This document shows positions 1 through 8,845 of a DNA stretch of 64,000 bases, piece after piece. This DNA is from an uncultured Muribaculaceae bacterium. Lineage in GTDB: Bacteria; Bacteroidota; Bacteroidia; Bacteroidales; UBA932. Within the stretch, counting starts at the first letter, position 1. Each line of letters opens with the position of its first letter. The stretch is from the NCBI GenBank assembly GCA_964397445.1, contig CAYNHZ010000001.1, positions 75,287 to 139,286 of the forward strand, read 5' to 3'. The notes beneath the pieces were generated by a model, which ran no database searches, was not told where the DNA came from, and was given only the letters and a program-made list of their open reading frames with translations. A program made the translations under genes and the position numbers.

Positions 1-129
1 CTTTGCAGTCATTGTCGCTATCGCTTGAGAAGAATCGGGTATTATTGAATCTGTAGTAATATCCCCGGTATTGATATCCTCTTCAATACCAAGATCTATT
101 AATTTATCTATTAAGTATTTGTAATCCAT
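1..129 (-). CDS. nadC: Nicotinate-nucleotide (quinolinate) pyrophosphorylase, N-terminal fragment; the gene runs off the window edge
   Basis: Reverse-strand ATG at 127-129. Hand translation is MDYKYLIDKLIDLGIEEDINTGDITTDSIIPDSSQAIATMTAK. The GDITT motif and length resemble a NadC N-terminus. It lies 17 nt downstream of nadB on the same strand. Confidence 0.6.
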   Translation of the reverse strand, partial: MDYKYLIDKLIDLGIEEDINTGDITTDSIIPDSSQAIATMTAK

Positions 130-146
130 ATTATTCACTATTTTAT

Positions 147-1724
147 TTAAATACCATCACCACTGTTAACGGGCAAAGTTGTCAATTTATCCCCAATATG
201 TTGTACTGTATGCAATGCAAATTCCTCCTTTAATGATGGATAATCCTCCCTATAATGGCCACCTCTGCTTTCACGTCTAAACCTCGCCCCTGTCATAATA
301 AGAAAAGCTACCGTCAAAAGCTTACGAGAAGCCTCTGCATAATACTCATTGTCAGATTCCTGGATAGACTGCATCTCACTTTTCACAAGATTCAAACCTG
401 TTGAAAGCAATAATTCAGATCTTATTATCCCCGAGCAATTATTCATAATCTGAGAAATCTGTTTTTTTAGGGCAAAATATCTCTCTCTCGAGAGAGGATC
501 TTTTCTATATAGTTTTTCAAAATGGGGAAACTCCACCAAATCATCACACTCCACCGATACGGAAATAGCCCTATCTGCAAAAACAAGACACTCAATCAAT
601 GAATTTGAAGCCAATCTGTTAGCCCCCATTATCCCTGTTGAAGCAGCCTCGCCACAAACATATAATCGTTTAATATCGCTCCGTCCGTAAAGGTCTGAAG
701 CAACCCCACCCACAGTATAGTGCGCAGCAGGGGCAACAGGTATTCTATCGGTAAAATCATATCCGAATTCTGCACATTTTGCAAGAATATTAGGAAATCT
801 GGCTGCAATCTTGTCTTTGTTTAAGTGCTTGAGTGACAATGTTACAAAAGGTCTATCATCATCTGCCATCTGCTTAAAAATGGCTCTTGCCACCACATCC
901 CGAGGAGCCAACTCTGCAAGCTCGTGCAAAGGGAGCATAAACCTCTTTTCCGCTTTATCCAATAAATAAGCACCCTCCCCTCTGACAGCTTCGCTTATCA
1001 AAAAAGCTCTCGGTGAATTCTCTATAAAAAGTGCTGTTGGGTGAAATTGGATAAACTCCATATCTATCACTCTGCAACCTGCCTTATAGGCCATCACTAT
1101 ACCATCCCCTATTGTAGTATCGGGATTTGTCGTTCTGCTGTAAATAGCTGAGGTTCCGCCTGAAGTAAGGAAAGTGTGCTTAGCATAAATAAGAAATTCC
1201 TCATCCTTTATCTCATCCCAACAACGCGCTCCATAACAGACACCGTTTTCAACTAAAAAATCTATTACAGAAATATTCTCTTGAATAGTTATATTTCTAT
1301 CAGACTGAACTTTATTAATTAGAAACTCGGTAATATATTTCCCTGTCGAATCACCACCTGCGTGCAAAATTCTATGACGGTGATGTCCCCCCTCCAATCC
1401 GAGGGAAAGTTTACCGTTTTCCGTATCAAACACCATCCCCTCATCAATAATCTCTCTAATTCTCAAAGGACCCTCATTTACAAGTATCTCTACAGCTTTG
1501 TTTTCACAAAGTCCTCGCCCTGCAATCACAGTATCTGTAAAATGTATTTGGGGATCGTCTTCAATCGTTGTAACCGCTGCAATACCCCCTTGCGCATTAT
1601 AAGAGTTGCTCTCCCTGATCGCCTTCTTAGTAACAACCAGCACAGAACCAAGTCGAGATGCCTTATGAGCTGTATAAAGACCGGCAAGACCACTTCCAAT
1701 AATTAAGTAATCTGTTTTAAACAT
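147..1724 (-). CDS. nadB: L-aspartate oxidase
   Basis: FAD dinucleotide-binding motif DYLIIGSGLAGL at the N-terminus. C-terminal RESRGGHYREDYP is typical of the aspartate oxidase/fumarate reductase flavoprotein family. Start moved from 1808 to the ATG at 1724 (MFKTDYLIIGSG). Confidence 0.9.
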   Translation of the reverse strand: MFKTDYLIIGSGLAGLYTAHKASRLGSVLVVTKKAIRESNSYNAQGGIAAVTTIEDDPQIHFTDTVIAGRGLCENKAVEILVNEGPLRIREIIDEGMVFDTENGKLSLGLEGGHHRHRILHAGGDSTGKYITEFLINKVQSDRNITIQENISVIDFLVENGVCYGARCWDEIKDEEFLIYAKHTFLTSGGTSAIYSRTTNPDTTIGDGIVMAYKAGCRVIDMEFIQFHPTALFIENSPRAFLISEAVRGEGAYLLDKAEKRFMLPLHELAELAPRDVVARAIFKQMADDDRPFVTLSLKHLNKDKIAARFPNILAKCAEFGYDFTDRIPVAPAAHYTVGGVASDLYGRSDIKRLYVCGEAASTGIMGANRLASNSLIECLVFADRAISVSVECDDLVEFPHFEKLYRKDPLSRERYFALKKQISQIMNNCSGIIRSELLLSTGLNLVKSEMQSIQESDNEYYAEASRKLLTVAFLIMTGARFRRESRGGHYREDYPSLKEEFALHTVQHIGDKLTTLPVNSGDGI

Positions 1725-1899
1725 TTCTTGAATATATATTTGATACCATTCCAAATCCCCTTTTCTCAAAAAAAGCGTGTGCGCTATGATTGTCTTTTCC
1801 AGATTCAAGATACAATGACACTATTCCTCTATCTTTAAACCACTTAATAGCTGCATTCAATAATTTACCTTTTTTTAAAAAATCACTTTCTATTTCCAT
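1717..1899 (-). pseudogene. Probable remnant of a GNAT N-acetyltransferase (C-terminal ~60 aa only)
   Basis: The 60-aa ORF ends ...AHAFFEKRGFGMV, resembling the C-terminal beta-alpha-beta of GNAT enzymes. The acetyl-CoA Q/RxxGxG/A motif and the N-terminal half are missing. Its stop overlaps the nadB start (ATGTTTAA). Confidence 0.35.
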
Positions 1900-2057
1900 T
1901 ATCTTTTTTTAATATCTTTTATCAGAAATACCAACAACGACATCAAGCCCACAAAAATCAAGAATATAGTAATCCCTACAATTCCCGTGCTAATCCTATC
2001 GAAAACTGATCATATCTGAGCCCTTTTAAGTTGTTTTCCATATTTCAAAAATAAAGT

Positions 2058-3098
2058 TTAGATTATCTCAAGAAATAAATCTCTCTCCCCCCTTCCCTTT
2101 AAGTATCCTATTTCAAATAGAGGTTGACCAATATTTTTCATCTCTTTTACAACCTCACGAACCGCATAAGGTTCAACAGCAATCAATAATCCACCGGAAG
2201 TTTGAGGATCACAAACCAATGGTAATGTCAAAGGGGTAATATTTGTCTTGTCCCCATAACTACTAAAATTGCGAAATGTCCCACCAGGCATACACTCTTG
2301 ATCTATATAGTATTGCACTCCGGAAATCTTTGGAAGAGACGAAAATCTCACCACCGCTGTAAGTCCGCTCCCCTCTGCCATCTCAACTGTATGTCCTGCA
2401 AGGCCGAAACCTGTAATATCGGTCATAGCACAGACCCCATTCATATTGGAAAGCATCATACCTGCAGAGTTGAGTGTCGTCATCAGTCTGAGTGCCTCCT
2501 CTTTATCCTCTGCTCTAACAACACCAAACTTCTCGGCAGATGCTACAAGACCTATCCCTAAAGGTTTTGTGATAAAAAGTAGAGAACCTTCAATCGCACT
2601 ATTGTTTTTTTTAACCTTTTTAGAATCAATCAATCCGGTAACTGCAAGCCCAAAAATAGGCTCTTCACTATTGATACTATGACCACCTGCAAGGGGAATC
2701 CCTGCTAAATCACAAACACTTCTCCCCCCATTTATAACATCACGAGCAATAGATGAGGATAATTTTTCAAGGGGCCATCCTAAAATGGAGATAGCCATCA
2801 AAGGGGTCCCTCCCATCGCATAAATATCACTAATAGCATTTGTTGCAGCAATCCGACCAAAATCATACGGATCATCAACAATCGGCATAAAAAAATCTGT
2901 TGTACTGATAACCGACTTCCCTCCACCTATATCATATACAGCAGCATCATCTTTAGACTCATTTCCAACAAGAAGATTTGCAAACTGCATCGTAGAGCGT
3001 GTACCTTTTAATATCTCCTCAAGATCCTTTGGGGATATCTTGCATCCACACCCTGCACCGGGGCTAAATTGGGTGAGTCTTATCTTTGAATCATTCAT
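2058..3098 (-). CDS. selD: Selenide, water dikinase (selenophosphate synthetase), Cys-type
   Basis: N-terminal LTQFSPGAGCGCKISPKDL glycine-rich/Cys-Lys catalytic loop. AIR-synthase-like fold along the full 346 aa. Confidence 0.9.
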   Translation of the reverse strand: MNDSKIRLTQFSPGAGCGCKISPKDLEEILKGTRSTMQFANLLVGNESKDDAAVYDIGGGKSVISTTDFFMPIVDDPYDFGRIAATNAISDIYAMGGTPLMAISILGWPLEKLSSSIARDVINGGRSVCDLAGIPLAGGHSINSEEPIFGLAVTGLIDSKKVKKNNSAIEGSLLFITKPLGIGLVASAEKFGVVRAEDKEEALRLMTTLNSAGMMLSNMNGVCAMTDITGFGLAGHTVEMAEGSGLTAVVRFSSLPKISGVQYYIDQECMPGGTFRNFSSYGDKTNITPLTLPLVCDPQTSGGLLIAVEPYAVREVVKEMKNIGQPLFEIGYLKGRGERDLFLEII

Positions 3099-3126
3099 AT
3101 CAATATCATTATTTCGTACTAAAAAA

Positions 3127-3474
3127 CTATAAAACTATCACCTTATCGCAATTGTTCTGAACTCCGATAATATCCAACATAGTAGCAATATTTCCGACTC
3201 TAACATTCTCAATGGCATTGTTATACAATAAACAAGTTTTACAAATCAATATCTTCACCCCACTCTTATCCAATGACAATAGTTCCTCAATAACTGGAGA
3301 ATTTTCAAGGGTCAACTTCACCCCATCCCCATAAAAACATAAATAAGTGGGGAGAGTACCCTCATCATTAATAAGGGTAAAATAATTTTTCAACAATTTC
3401 AAACTCAACTCCTCCGGAGCAACACCCATTCCATAACGATTTACAATTATGGTAACTTTCAAATCTTTACTCAT
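3127..3474 (-). CDS. Stand-alone DsrE/DsrF-like small protein, candidate selenium/sulfur relay component
   Basis: 115 aa. The pattern KVTIIVNRYGMG...FYGDGV...ILICKTC resembles the DsrE/TusD fold and the C-terminal half of YedF-type selenium-metabolism proteins. It is tightly packed between selD and selU. Confidence 0.5.
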   Translation of the reverse strand: MSKDLKVTIIVNRYGMGVAPEELSLKLLKNYFTLINDEGTLPTYLCFYGDGVKLTLENSPVIEELLSLDKSGVKILICKTCLLYNNAIENVRVGNIATMLDIIGVQNNCDKVIVL

Positions 3475-3477
3475 AAA

Positions 3478-4512
3478 TCACTTTATATTTCTACTTAATT
3501 TTATTAGATCAAGAATAATCTCCTCAACCTCAATAGTTTCTACCTTAAAAACAAAACAATTATCCCTCTCCTCAAATCGTTTATCAAGAGAGCCATTATA
3601 CAATTTGTCATAATACTCCAAACAAATAGAGGCTCCTCCTTTTATATCACCACATTTACAAGCATCTATAGCTTTCGATGCCCTATCAAAACCTATCCTT
3701 TTTTCAATCTTCTTTATTGATTGAATCAATAAATCCGGATCAAAACAAGCATAATCTCTCAATATCCTCTTCAACCTTATATCTGACGGTGTATCGATTT
3801 TAATCAGTGGAGATAGAGACATCTGATCCCAAAATGATTTAGGAACAAAAACTCTGCCGACATTCATACTCTCATCTTCTACCCATAAAGTGCGCTCAAC
3901 ATCCATTGTACGCAATTTATCAAAAACAAGATGTTCAAACATTTCAGAAGAGGGTTGCTCTTCTTGACCAATTGCACCGAAAGCCGACCCTTTATGGTTA
4001 GCAAGCCCTTCTAAATCAATAATCTGTTCACCTGCATTGGATAAAGAGCTAAGAATATCTGTTTTACCCGACCCTGTACACCCACCGAGAACCAAAAGTT
4101 TGTATTTGTTTTTAAACGAATCTAAAACAAAATTTCTATAAGATTTGTAGCCTCCGTCCAACAAATAACATTTAAGTCCCAAAGTCTCAAACAACCAGGC
4201 CATTGAAGAGCTCCTCATCCCCCCTCTCCAACAATGAATAAGGAGAGTATCCGAATTCAAGTCAAGTGCATACTTACTAAACATTTTTAATTTCGGACCT
4301 ACAAACTCTAACCCCTTTTGAATCGCTTGAACCCTCCCTTGTTTCTTGTAAATCGTCCCCACACAAGCCCTCTGCTGATCGTCAAATAAAGGGAGAGAGA
4401 GGGCATTTGGTATATGGGCGTGAGCATACTCTGATTCAGAACGAACATCCACAATCGGAACGCCGCAATCCCCTTTTTTTATAAACTCCTCAACACTTAA
4501 ATACTCTGCCAT
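3478..4512 (-). CDS. selU: tRNA 2-selenouridine synthase
   Basis: N-terminal rhodanese domain with active-site loop HCWRGGMRS, followed by P-loop GGCTGSGKT. 344 aa, typical for SelU/MnmH. Confidence 0.85.
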   Translation of the reverse strand: MAEYLSVEEFIKKGDCGVPIVDVRSESEYAHAHIPNALSLPLFDDQQRACVGTIYKKQGRVQAIQKGLEFVGPKLKMFSKYALDLNSDTLLIHCWRGGMRSSSMAWLFETLGLKCYLLDGGYKSYRNFVLDSFKNKYKLLVLGGCTGSGKTDILSSLSNAGEQIIDLEGLANHKGSAFGAIGQEEQPSSEMFEHLVFDKLRTMDVERTLWVEDESMNVGRVFVPKSFWDQMSLSPLIKIDTPSDIRLKRILRDYACFDPDLLIQSIKKIEKRIGFDRASKAIDACKCGDIKGGASICLEYYDKLYNGSLDKRFEERDNCFVFKVETIEVEEIILDLIKLSRNIK

Positions 4513-4530
4513 TATATTAAAATCCTTTCA

Positions 4531-4950
4531 TTAAATATTTAGAGTCAACCTCCTCACACCATCATCCCCAACAATTATATCAACCTTCAATGCCTCCTCC
4601 GGGAGCAATCCATCTATCTTTTCGGGCCACTCTATAAGAGAAAGTCCATCACCATATATATACTCATCAAAACCCAGATCCACCACTTCACTCAATCTTT
4701 CAATCCGGTAAAAATCAAAATGATAAATCGGTCTCCCCGATTGTGCACGATACTCATTTACAATTGTAAAAGTGGGACTATTTACAATATCTTCTACACC
4801 CAAAACCTTGCAAACAGCCTTAATAAAAGTTGTTTTACCTGCCCCCATAGAACCATAAAATGCTATTATGGAATAATTTGAAGTATTTTTCACAAACTCC
4901 GCAGCAGCCCGATCGATATGTGAAATATCACTGATGATAATCTCTTGCAT
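4531..4950 (-). CDS. tsaE: tRNA t6A37 biosynthesis ATPase TsaE
   Basis: 139 aa. Walker A GSMGAGKTTF and the SPTFTIVNEY motif are characteristic of the YjeE/TsaE family. Confidence 0.85.
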   Translation of the reverse strand: MQEIIISDISHIDRAAAEFVKNTSNYSIIAFYGSMGAGKTTFIKAVCKVLGVEDIVNSPTFTIVNEYRAQSGRPIYHFDFYRIERLSEVVDLGFDEYIYGDGLSLIEWPEKIDGLLPEEALKVDIIVGDDGVRRLTLNI

Positions 4951-4973
4951 ATTAAAGCCTTTTGATGTGGGGG

Positions 4974-4981
4974 CAAAGGTA
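4974..4981 (-). promoter_or_regulatory. -7 box (TACCTTTG on minus strand) for the tsaE-selU-DsrE-like-selD operon
   Basis: Exact TAnnTTTG, 24 nt upstream of the tsaE ATG (4950). Confidence 0.4.
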
Positions 4982-5040
4982 CTTAATGTAAGACATTTTT
5001 AAAACAAATTTATCCCAATTATGGGTATTTTAATAAAAAG

Positions 5041-6600
5041 TTACTGCTCATAATATGAGGTGTTCATTCTGAATTGGATCGCTTCAGAAATGTGATTTAC
5101 AGTTATCTCCTTTTCACCGGAGATATCAGCAATAGTACGAGATATCTTTAATATTCTATTATACCCCCTAGCAGAAAGGGAGTAGTTCTCAATAATTTTA
5201 TTTAGAAAGGTCTTTGATCTGGAGTCAAGCCGACAAAACATTGCTATTTGTTCACTATTCATTTCAGAATTTGTGTAACATCCGTCATTTTTAAACCGTT
5301 CCATCTGAATATTCCTTGCCCTCTCTACTCTCTTTGAAATATCCAAACTCGATTCACTCTTTTCGCCAGACAACAGTAACCTGCTATCCACATTTTTAAC
5401 CCTGATATTAATATCAATTCTATCTAACATTGGCCCGGATATTTTCGACCGATAACGATTTATCATCCCGGGCGTGCATTTGCAAATCATCTGTCGGGGG
5501 GTATCAGAATTGCCAGTTTCCCCATAATAACCACAAGGGCAAGGGTTCATAGAGGCAACAAACATAAAAGAGGCAGGATAATCCACCTTATTGCGAAGGC
5601 GTGAAACAGAGATATGTCTCTCTTCAAGTGGCTGCCTAAGTATATCTATGATATGGGGAGGAAAATTTGAAATTTCATCGAGATATAACACTCCATTATG
5701 TGCCAACGATATCTCCCCGGGAAGTGCATTATACCCCCCTCCGACTAACGAAGAGATACTTGAAGTGTGATGTGGCGAGCGAAACGGCCTACGAACCATC
5801 AACCCCCCATACTCTTTCAATTTCCCGGCAACTGAATATATCATACTCGTTTCCAACGACTCTTTCCTGCTCATAGGGGGGAGAATGGATGCAAGGCAAC
5901 GAGCCATATAACTTTTACCAGCTCCAGGTGGACCTGTAAGCAATACATTGTGGCCGCCAGAAGCTGCAATCTCAATTCCCCTCTTTGCAAAGGTCTGCCC
6001 CATCACCCCCGAAAAATCATCAATATAGTGTTGATCTGTGTTTATTGACGATTTTGCGGTATCATTGGTTATTCTAAGGCCATTTGTATATCGTTCACCA
6101 TTTAAAATATCAACCACCTCCGACAAATTATTTGCCCCATACACCTCAACACCATCAATATCTGAGGCTTCAAATGCGGCTTCTCGTGGAAATATACAAG
6201 CCTTAAATCCCATCTCCGCAGATCTAATGGCAATGGAGAGGGAACCGTTTGATCCCCTCATTATACCATCAAGGGATAATTCTCCGATAATAATAAAATT
6301 TTCCAAATTGTGATTTGTAATCTGTTCCGAAGCAGAGAGGAGTGCTATTGCAATGGCTGTATCAAACGAAGAGCCCTCTTTTCTAAGATCTGCGGGAGCC
6401 ATATTTATCACCACCTTCTTACCGGGTATTTTGTAATCATAATTGCTCAGGGCAGTTGTTACTCGTAAAAGTGACTCTTTAACAGCACTATCCGGCAACC
6501 CCACCAAATAGATACCCACCCCTGAAGTTATAGAGACCTCTATTGTCACCTTTACAACATCCATCCCCACACATATAGCACTAAATGTTCTACACAACAT
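5041..6600 (-). CDS. comM: YifB/ComM family Mg-chelatase-like AAA+ ATPase
   Basis: N-terminal Lon-protease-like domain, AAA+ core with GPPGAGKS, and C-terminal Mg-chelatase subunit ChlI-like region. 519 aa. Confidence 0.85.
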   Translation of the reverse strand: MLCRTFSAICVGMDVVKVTIEVSITSGVGIYLVGLPDSAVKESLLRVTTALSNYDYKIPGKKVVINMAPADLRKEGSSFDTAIAIALLSASEQITNHNLENFIIIGELSLDGIMRGSNGSLSIAIRSAEMGFKACIFPREAAFEASDIDGVEVYGANNLSEVVDILNGERYTNGLRITNDTAKSSINTDQHYIDDFSGVMGQTFAKRGIEIAASGGHNVLLTGPPGAGKSYMARCLASILPPMSRKESLETSMIYSVAGKLKEYGGLMVRRPFRSPHHTSSISSLVGGGYNALPGEISLAHNGVLYLDEISNFPPHIIDILRQPLEERHISVSRLRNKVDYPASFMFVASMNPCPCGYYGETGNSDTPRQMICKCTPGMINRYRSKISGPMLDRIDINIRVKNVDSRLLLSGEKSESSLDISKRVERARNIQMERFKNDGCYTNSEMNSEQIAMFCRLDSRSKTFLNKIIENYSLSARGYNRILKISRTIADISGEKEITVNHISEAIQFRMNTSYYEQ

Positions 6601-6632
6601 AATTTCTCCTTTTTATCCCCTATGCCGACGGT

Positions 6633-6640
6633 CAAAATTA
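6633..6640 (-). promoter_or_regulatory. -7 box (TAATTTTG on minus strand) for comM
   Basis: Exact TAnnTTTG, 33 nt upstream of the comM ATG (6600). Confidence 0.4.
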
Positions 6641-6672
6641 ATAGAACAGAGACCATAATACAATAGCAATAA

Positions 6673-6711
6673 TCAATAATTGTCTGTTTTATTCAACAAT
6701 TATCTGTTTTA
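6673..6711. repeat. Imperfect 20-bp-period tandem direct repeat upstream of comM
   Basis: TCAATAATTGTCTGTTTTA (6673-6691) and TCAACAATTATCTGTTTTA (6693-6711) match at 17/19 positions. They are followed by an A9 run. Confidence 0.6.
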
Positions 6712-6734
6712 AAAAAAAATAGAAATTTCAAAAA

Positions 6735-8018
6735 TTAGAAAATGGTGATATTACTGAGGATTTTATCAGTTGCACCGATATGATCATTAACATAAGCTCT
6801 ACAAATCTCTGAGGCGGATCTGTATGAATCCTTATCTTGAATCCATCCAGAAACCACTTTAATAAACTCTTTATCAGTCGATATAGAGTAAGCACCTTTA
6901 AGCTCAATAAGATCGCAGGCCTCTTTTGTTTTTTGATAATTATGGCCAAATATCACAGGCTTTCCGTATGTAGCTGCTTCAAGAATATTATGAATACCTA
7001 CCCCGAAACCACCACCGATATATGCAAAGTCACCATATTTGTATATCGAAGATAATAAGCCGATACAATCAACTATCAAAACCCTGCATTTTGAAAATTG
7101 AGATATCTTCATTTCATCAGAGCAAGAATAGATATTGGAAAAACATATAGTTTGAAAATTTGCAAAAATATCTTTGATTGTATCGATACGAGATGCATCC
7201 ACTTCGTGAGGGACAACAATTATTTTCAATTTATTCACAGATGATAACAGACTCGGTAACATCTTTTCATCCGGTTCCCAGGTACTCCCTGCCACCAAAC
7301 AAAAATCACCCTCACCGAGAAAAGATGCGATATTGTCCAGTTTTACTCCCCCCCCTTTGACTATTGCGGCAACCCTATCAAAACGGGTATCCCCTGCTAC
7401 AATAACTCTTTCGCACCCATCGGAATTTATATCTGTGATAGCCCCATCAATTAGAGATTTTGATCCGATGTCTTGAACAAAAATATGAGAATAACAATAA
7501 AGCATCTTTTTCATAAAACTCCCGTACCATCTGAAAAACATCTGATTGGGACGAAAAATAGCCGATACTAAATACAAAGAAATTCCCCTTTTATGAATCT
7601 GAGTGATATAATTGTACCAAAACTCATATTTTATAAAAATTGCTATTTCCGGTGATACGATGTCAAGAAATGCGCTCACATTTTTTGGAGTATCCATAGG
7701 GAGATAAAAAACCCAATCGGCTTGATCATAGTTTTTACGAAGTTCATAACCTGATGGAGAAAAGAATGTTAGTAATATTTTCTTTGCAGGATATCTCTTT
7801 TTCACCCCCTCTATCAACGGTCTTGCCTGCTCAAACTCCCCAACAGATGCACAGTGAAACCAGACAATCTTATCTTTTTTATTACCTATCCCTTTTGAAA
7901 TGTGTTGAAGCAAACCTTTTCTTCCTGATACAAAAAGAGATGCCTTATGATTGAATGGGGAGGCAACCCTCGCTCCAAACAAATAGAGATATATTATAAT
8001 ATTATATACGAATATCAA
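6735..8018 (-). CDS. waaA: 3-deoxy-D-manno-octulosonic acid (Kdo) transferase
   Basis: WFHCASVGEFEQARPLIE motif and GT30 architecture. 427 aa. Uses a TTG start at 8016-8018; there is no in-frame ATG upstream. Confidence 0.85.
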   Translation of the reverse strand: MIFVYNIIIYLYLFGARVASPFNHKASLFVSGRKGLLQHISKGIGNKKDKIVWFHCASVGEFEQARPLIEGVKKRYPAKKILLTFFSPSGYELRKNYDQADWVFYLPMDTPKNVSAFLDIVSPEIAIFIKYEFWYNYITQIHKRGISLYLVSAIFRPNQMFFRWYGSFMKKMLYCYSHIFVQDIGSKSLIDGAITDINSDGCERVIVAGDTRFDRVAAIVKGGGVKLDNIASFLGEGDFCLVAGSTWEPDEKMLPSLLSSVNKLKIIVVPHEVDASRIDTIKDIFANFQTICFSNIYSCSDEMKISQFSKCRVLIVDCIGLLSSIYKYGDFAYIGGGFGVGIHNILEAATYGKPVIFGHNYQKTKEACDLIELKGAYSISTDKEFIKVVSGWIQDKDSYRSASEICRAYVNDHIGATDKILSNITIF

Positions 8019-8065
8019 AACTCTAAAATTTGGGCGCTAATGTATAAAGAAAAACCGAAATTTAG

Positions 8066-8073
8066 TACCTTTG
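8066..8073 (+). promoter_or_regulatory. -7 box TACCTTTG for mlaEF
   Basis: Exact TAnnTTTG, 29 nt upstream of the TTG start at 8102. Confidence 0.4.
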
Positions 8074-8101
8074 ACTTCCATTAATATGTAACATACTGAT
8101 T

Positions 8102-8845
8102 TTGATTTTAAACACATTCACATTGATAGGTCAATACTATCTCCTAATGAAGAGGGTATTTAAGAGACCGGAGAAATGGAAATTATTTCTCAAACAGTTG
8201 GTTTTTGAGGCAGATAAATTGGTTATCAGCTCGATACCTTTGGTAGCATTGATATCGGTAGCCATCGGAGCTGTGATAGTCCTCCAAACCGCTAACAATT
8301 TAGAATCTCCATTTATCCCAAAAATGTATGTTGGTTATATGGCCAGGGAGTCATTGGTGCTTGAGTTTTGCTCCACAATGGTATGTCTGATCCTTGCCGG
8401 GAAAATAGGCTCCAATATTGCATCTGAAATAGGAAGTATGAGAATTACTGAACAGATCGATGCAATGGAGATGATGGGGATAAATTCAGCCGGCTACCTT
8501 ATTTTACCAAAAATAATATCAACCACCATACTTAATCCCCTTCTAATGTTGATGAGTTATATGTTGGGACTATTAGGAGGATATATAATTGTGGCCACAA
8601 CAGGGATAATCAATGTTTCAGACTATATCATTGGTATAAGATATTGGTTTATTGGATATTACATTACATATAGCGTCATCAAGACATCTGTTTTCAGCTT
8701 TATAATTACCTCTATCTCCTCTTTTTACGGATATTACGCTATCGGTGGATCTCTCGGGGTAGGACGATCAAGCACAAAAGCAATTGTTGCAAGTAGCGCA
8801 TTAATCCTCATTTTCAATCTGATACTTACTAAACTTATGCTCTGA
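8102..8845 (+). CDS. mlaE: MlaE-family ABC transporter permease
   Basis: About 5 TM helices. N-terminal ...YYLLMKRVFKRPEKW... is typical of MlaE/Ttg2B permeases. A TTG start at 8102 is needed to retain the conserved N-terminus. Confidence 0.75.
   Translation: MILNTFTLIGQYYLLMKRVFKRPEKWKLFLKQLVFEADKLVISSIPLVALISVAIGAVIVLQTANNLESPFIPKMYVGYMARESLVLEFCSTMVCLILAGKIGSNIASEIGSMRITEQIDAMEMMGINSAGYLILPKIISTTILNPLLMLMSYMLGLLGGYIIVATTGIINVSDYIIGIRYWFIGYYITYSVIKTSVFSFIITSISSFYGYYAIGGSLGVGRSSTKAIVASSALILIFNLILTKLML

Noticed and set aside
1362-1706. A 114-aa plus-strand ORF inside nadB. There are similar 60-145-aa ORFs antisense to uvrA (16928-17347), the susE/F-like genes (33518-34259), the fusion gene (47699-48106), radA (50591-50941) and the sensor gene (51722-53159).
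   Set aside because: All are nested in, or antisense to, genes with strong homology signals. None has motifs or independent expression signals. This is the expected frame-shadow noise.
1976-2041. A 21-codon ATG ORF (MENNLKGLRYDQFSIGLAREL) downstream of selD, considered as a possible small protein or programmed frameshift into the hydrophobic frame
   Set aside because: There is no slippery sequence and no conservation evidence available. It is too short to support, so it is reported only as part of the gene-remnant observation.
2058-4512. Possibility of selenocysteine (in-frame TGA) recoding, given the presence of selD
   Set aside because: SelD itself is Cys-type. I saw no pair of adjacent same-frame ORFs split by a TGA anywhere in the window, and no selA/selB or SECIS-like hairpin. 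The locus is explained by selenouridine synthesis alone.
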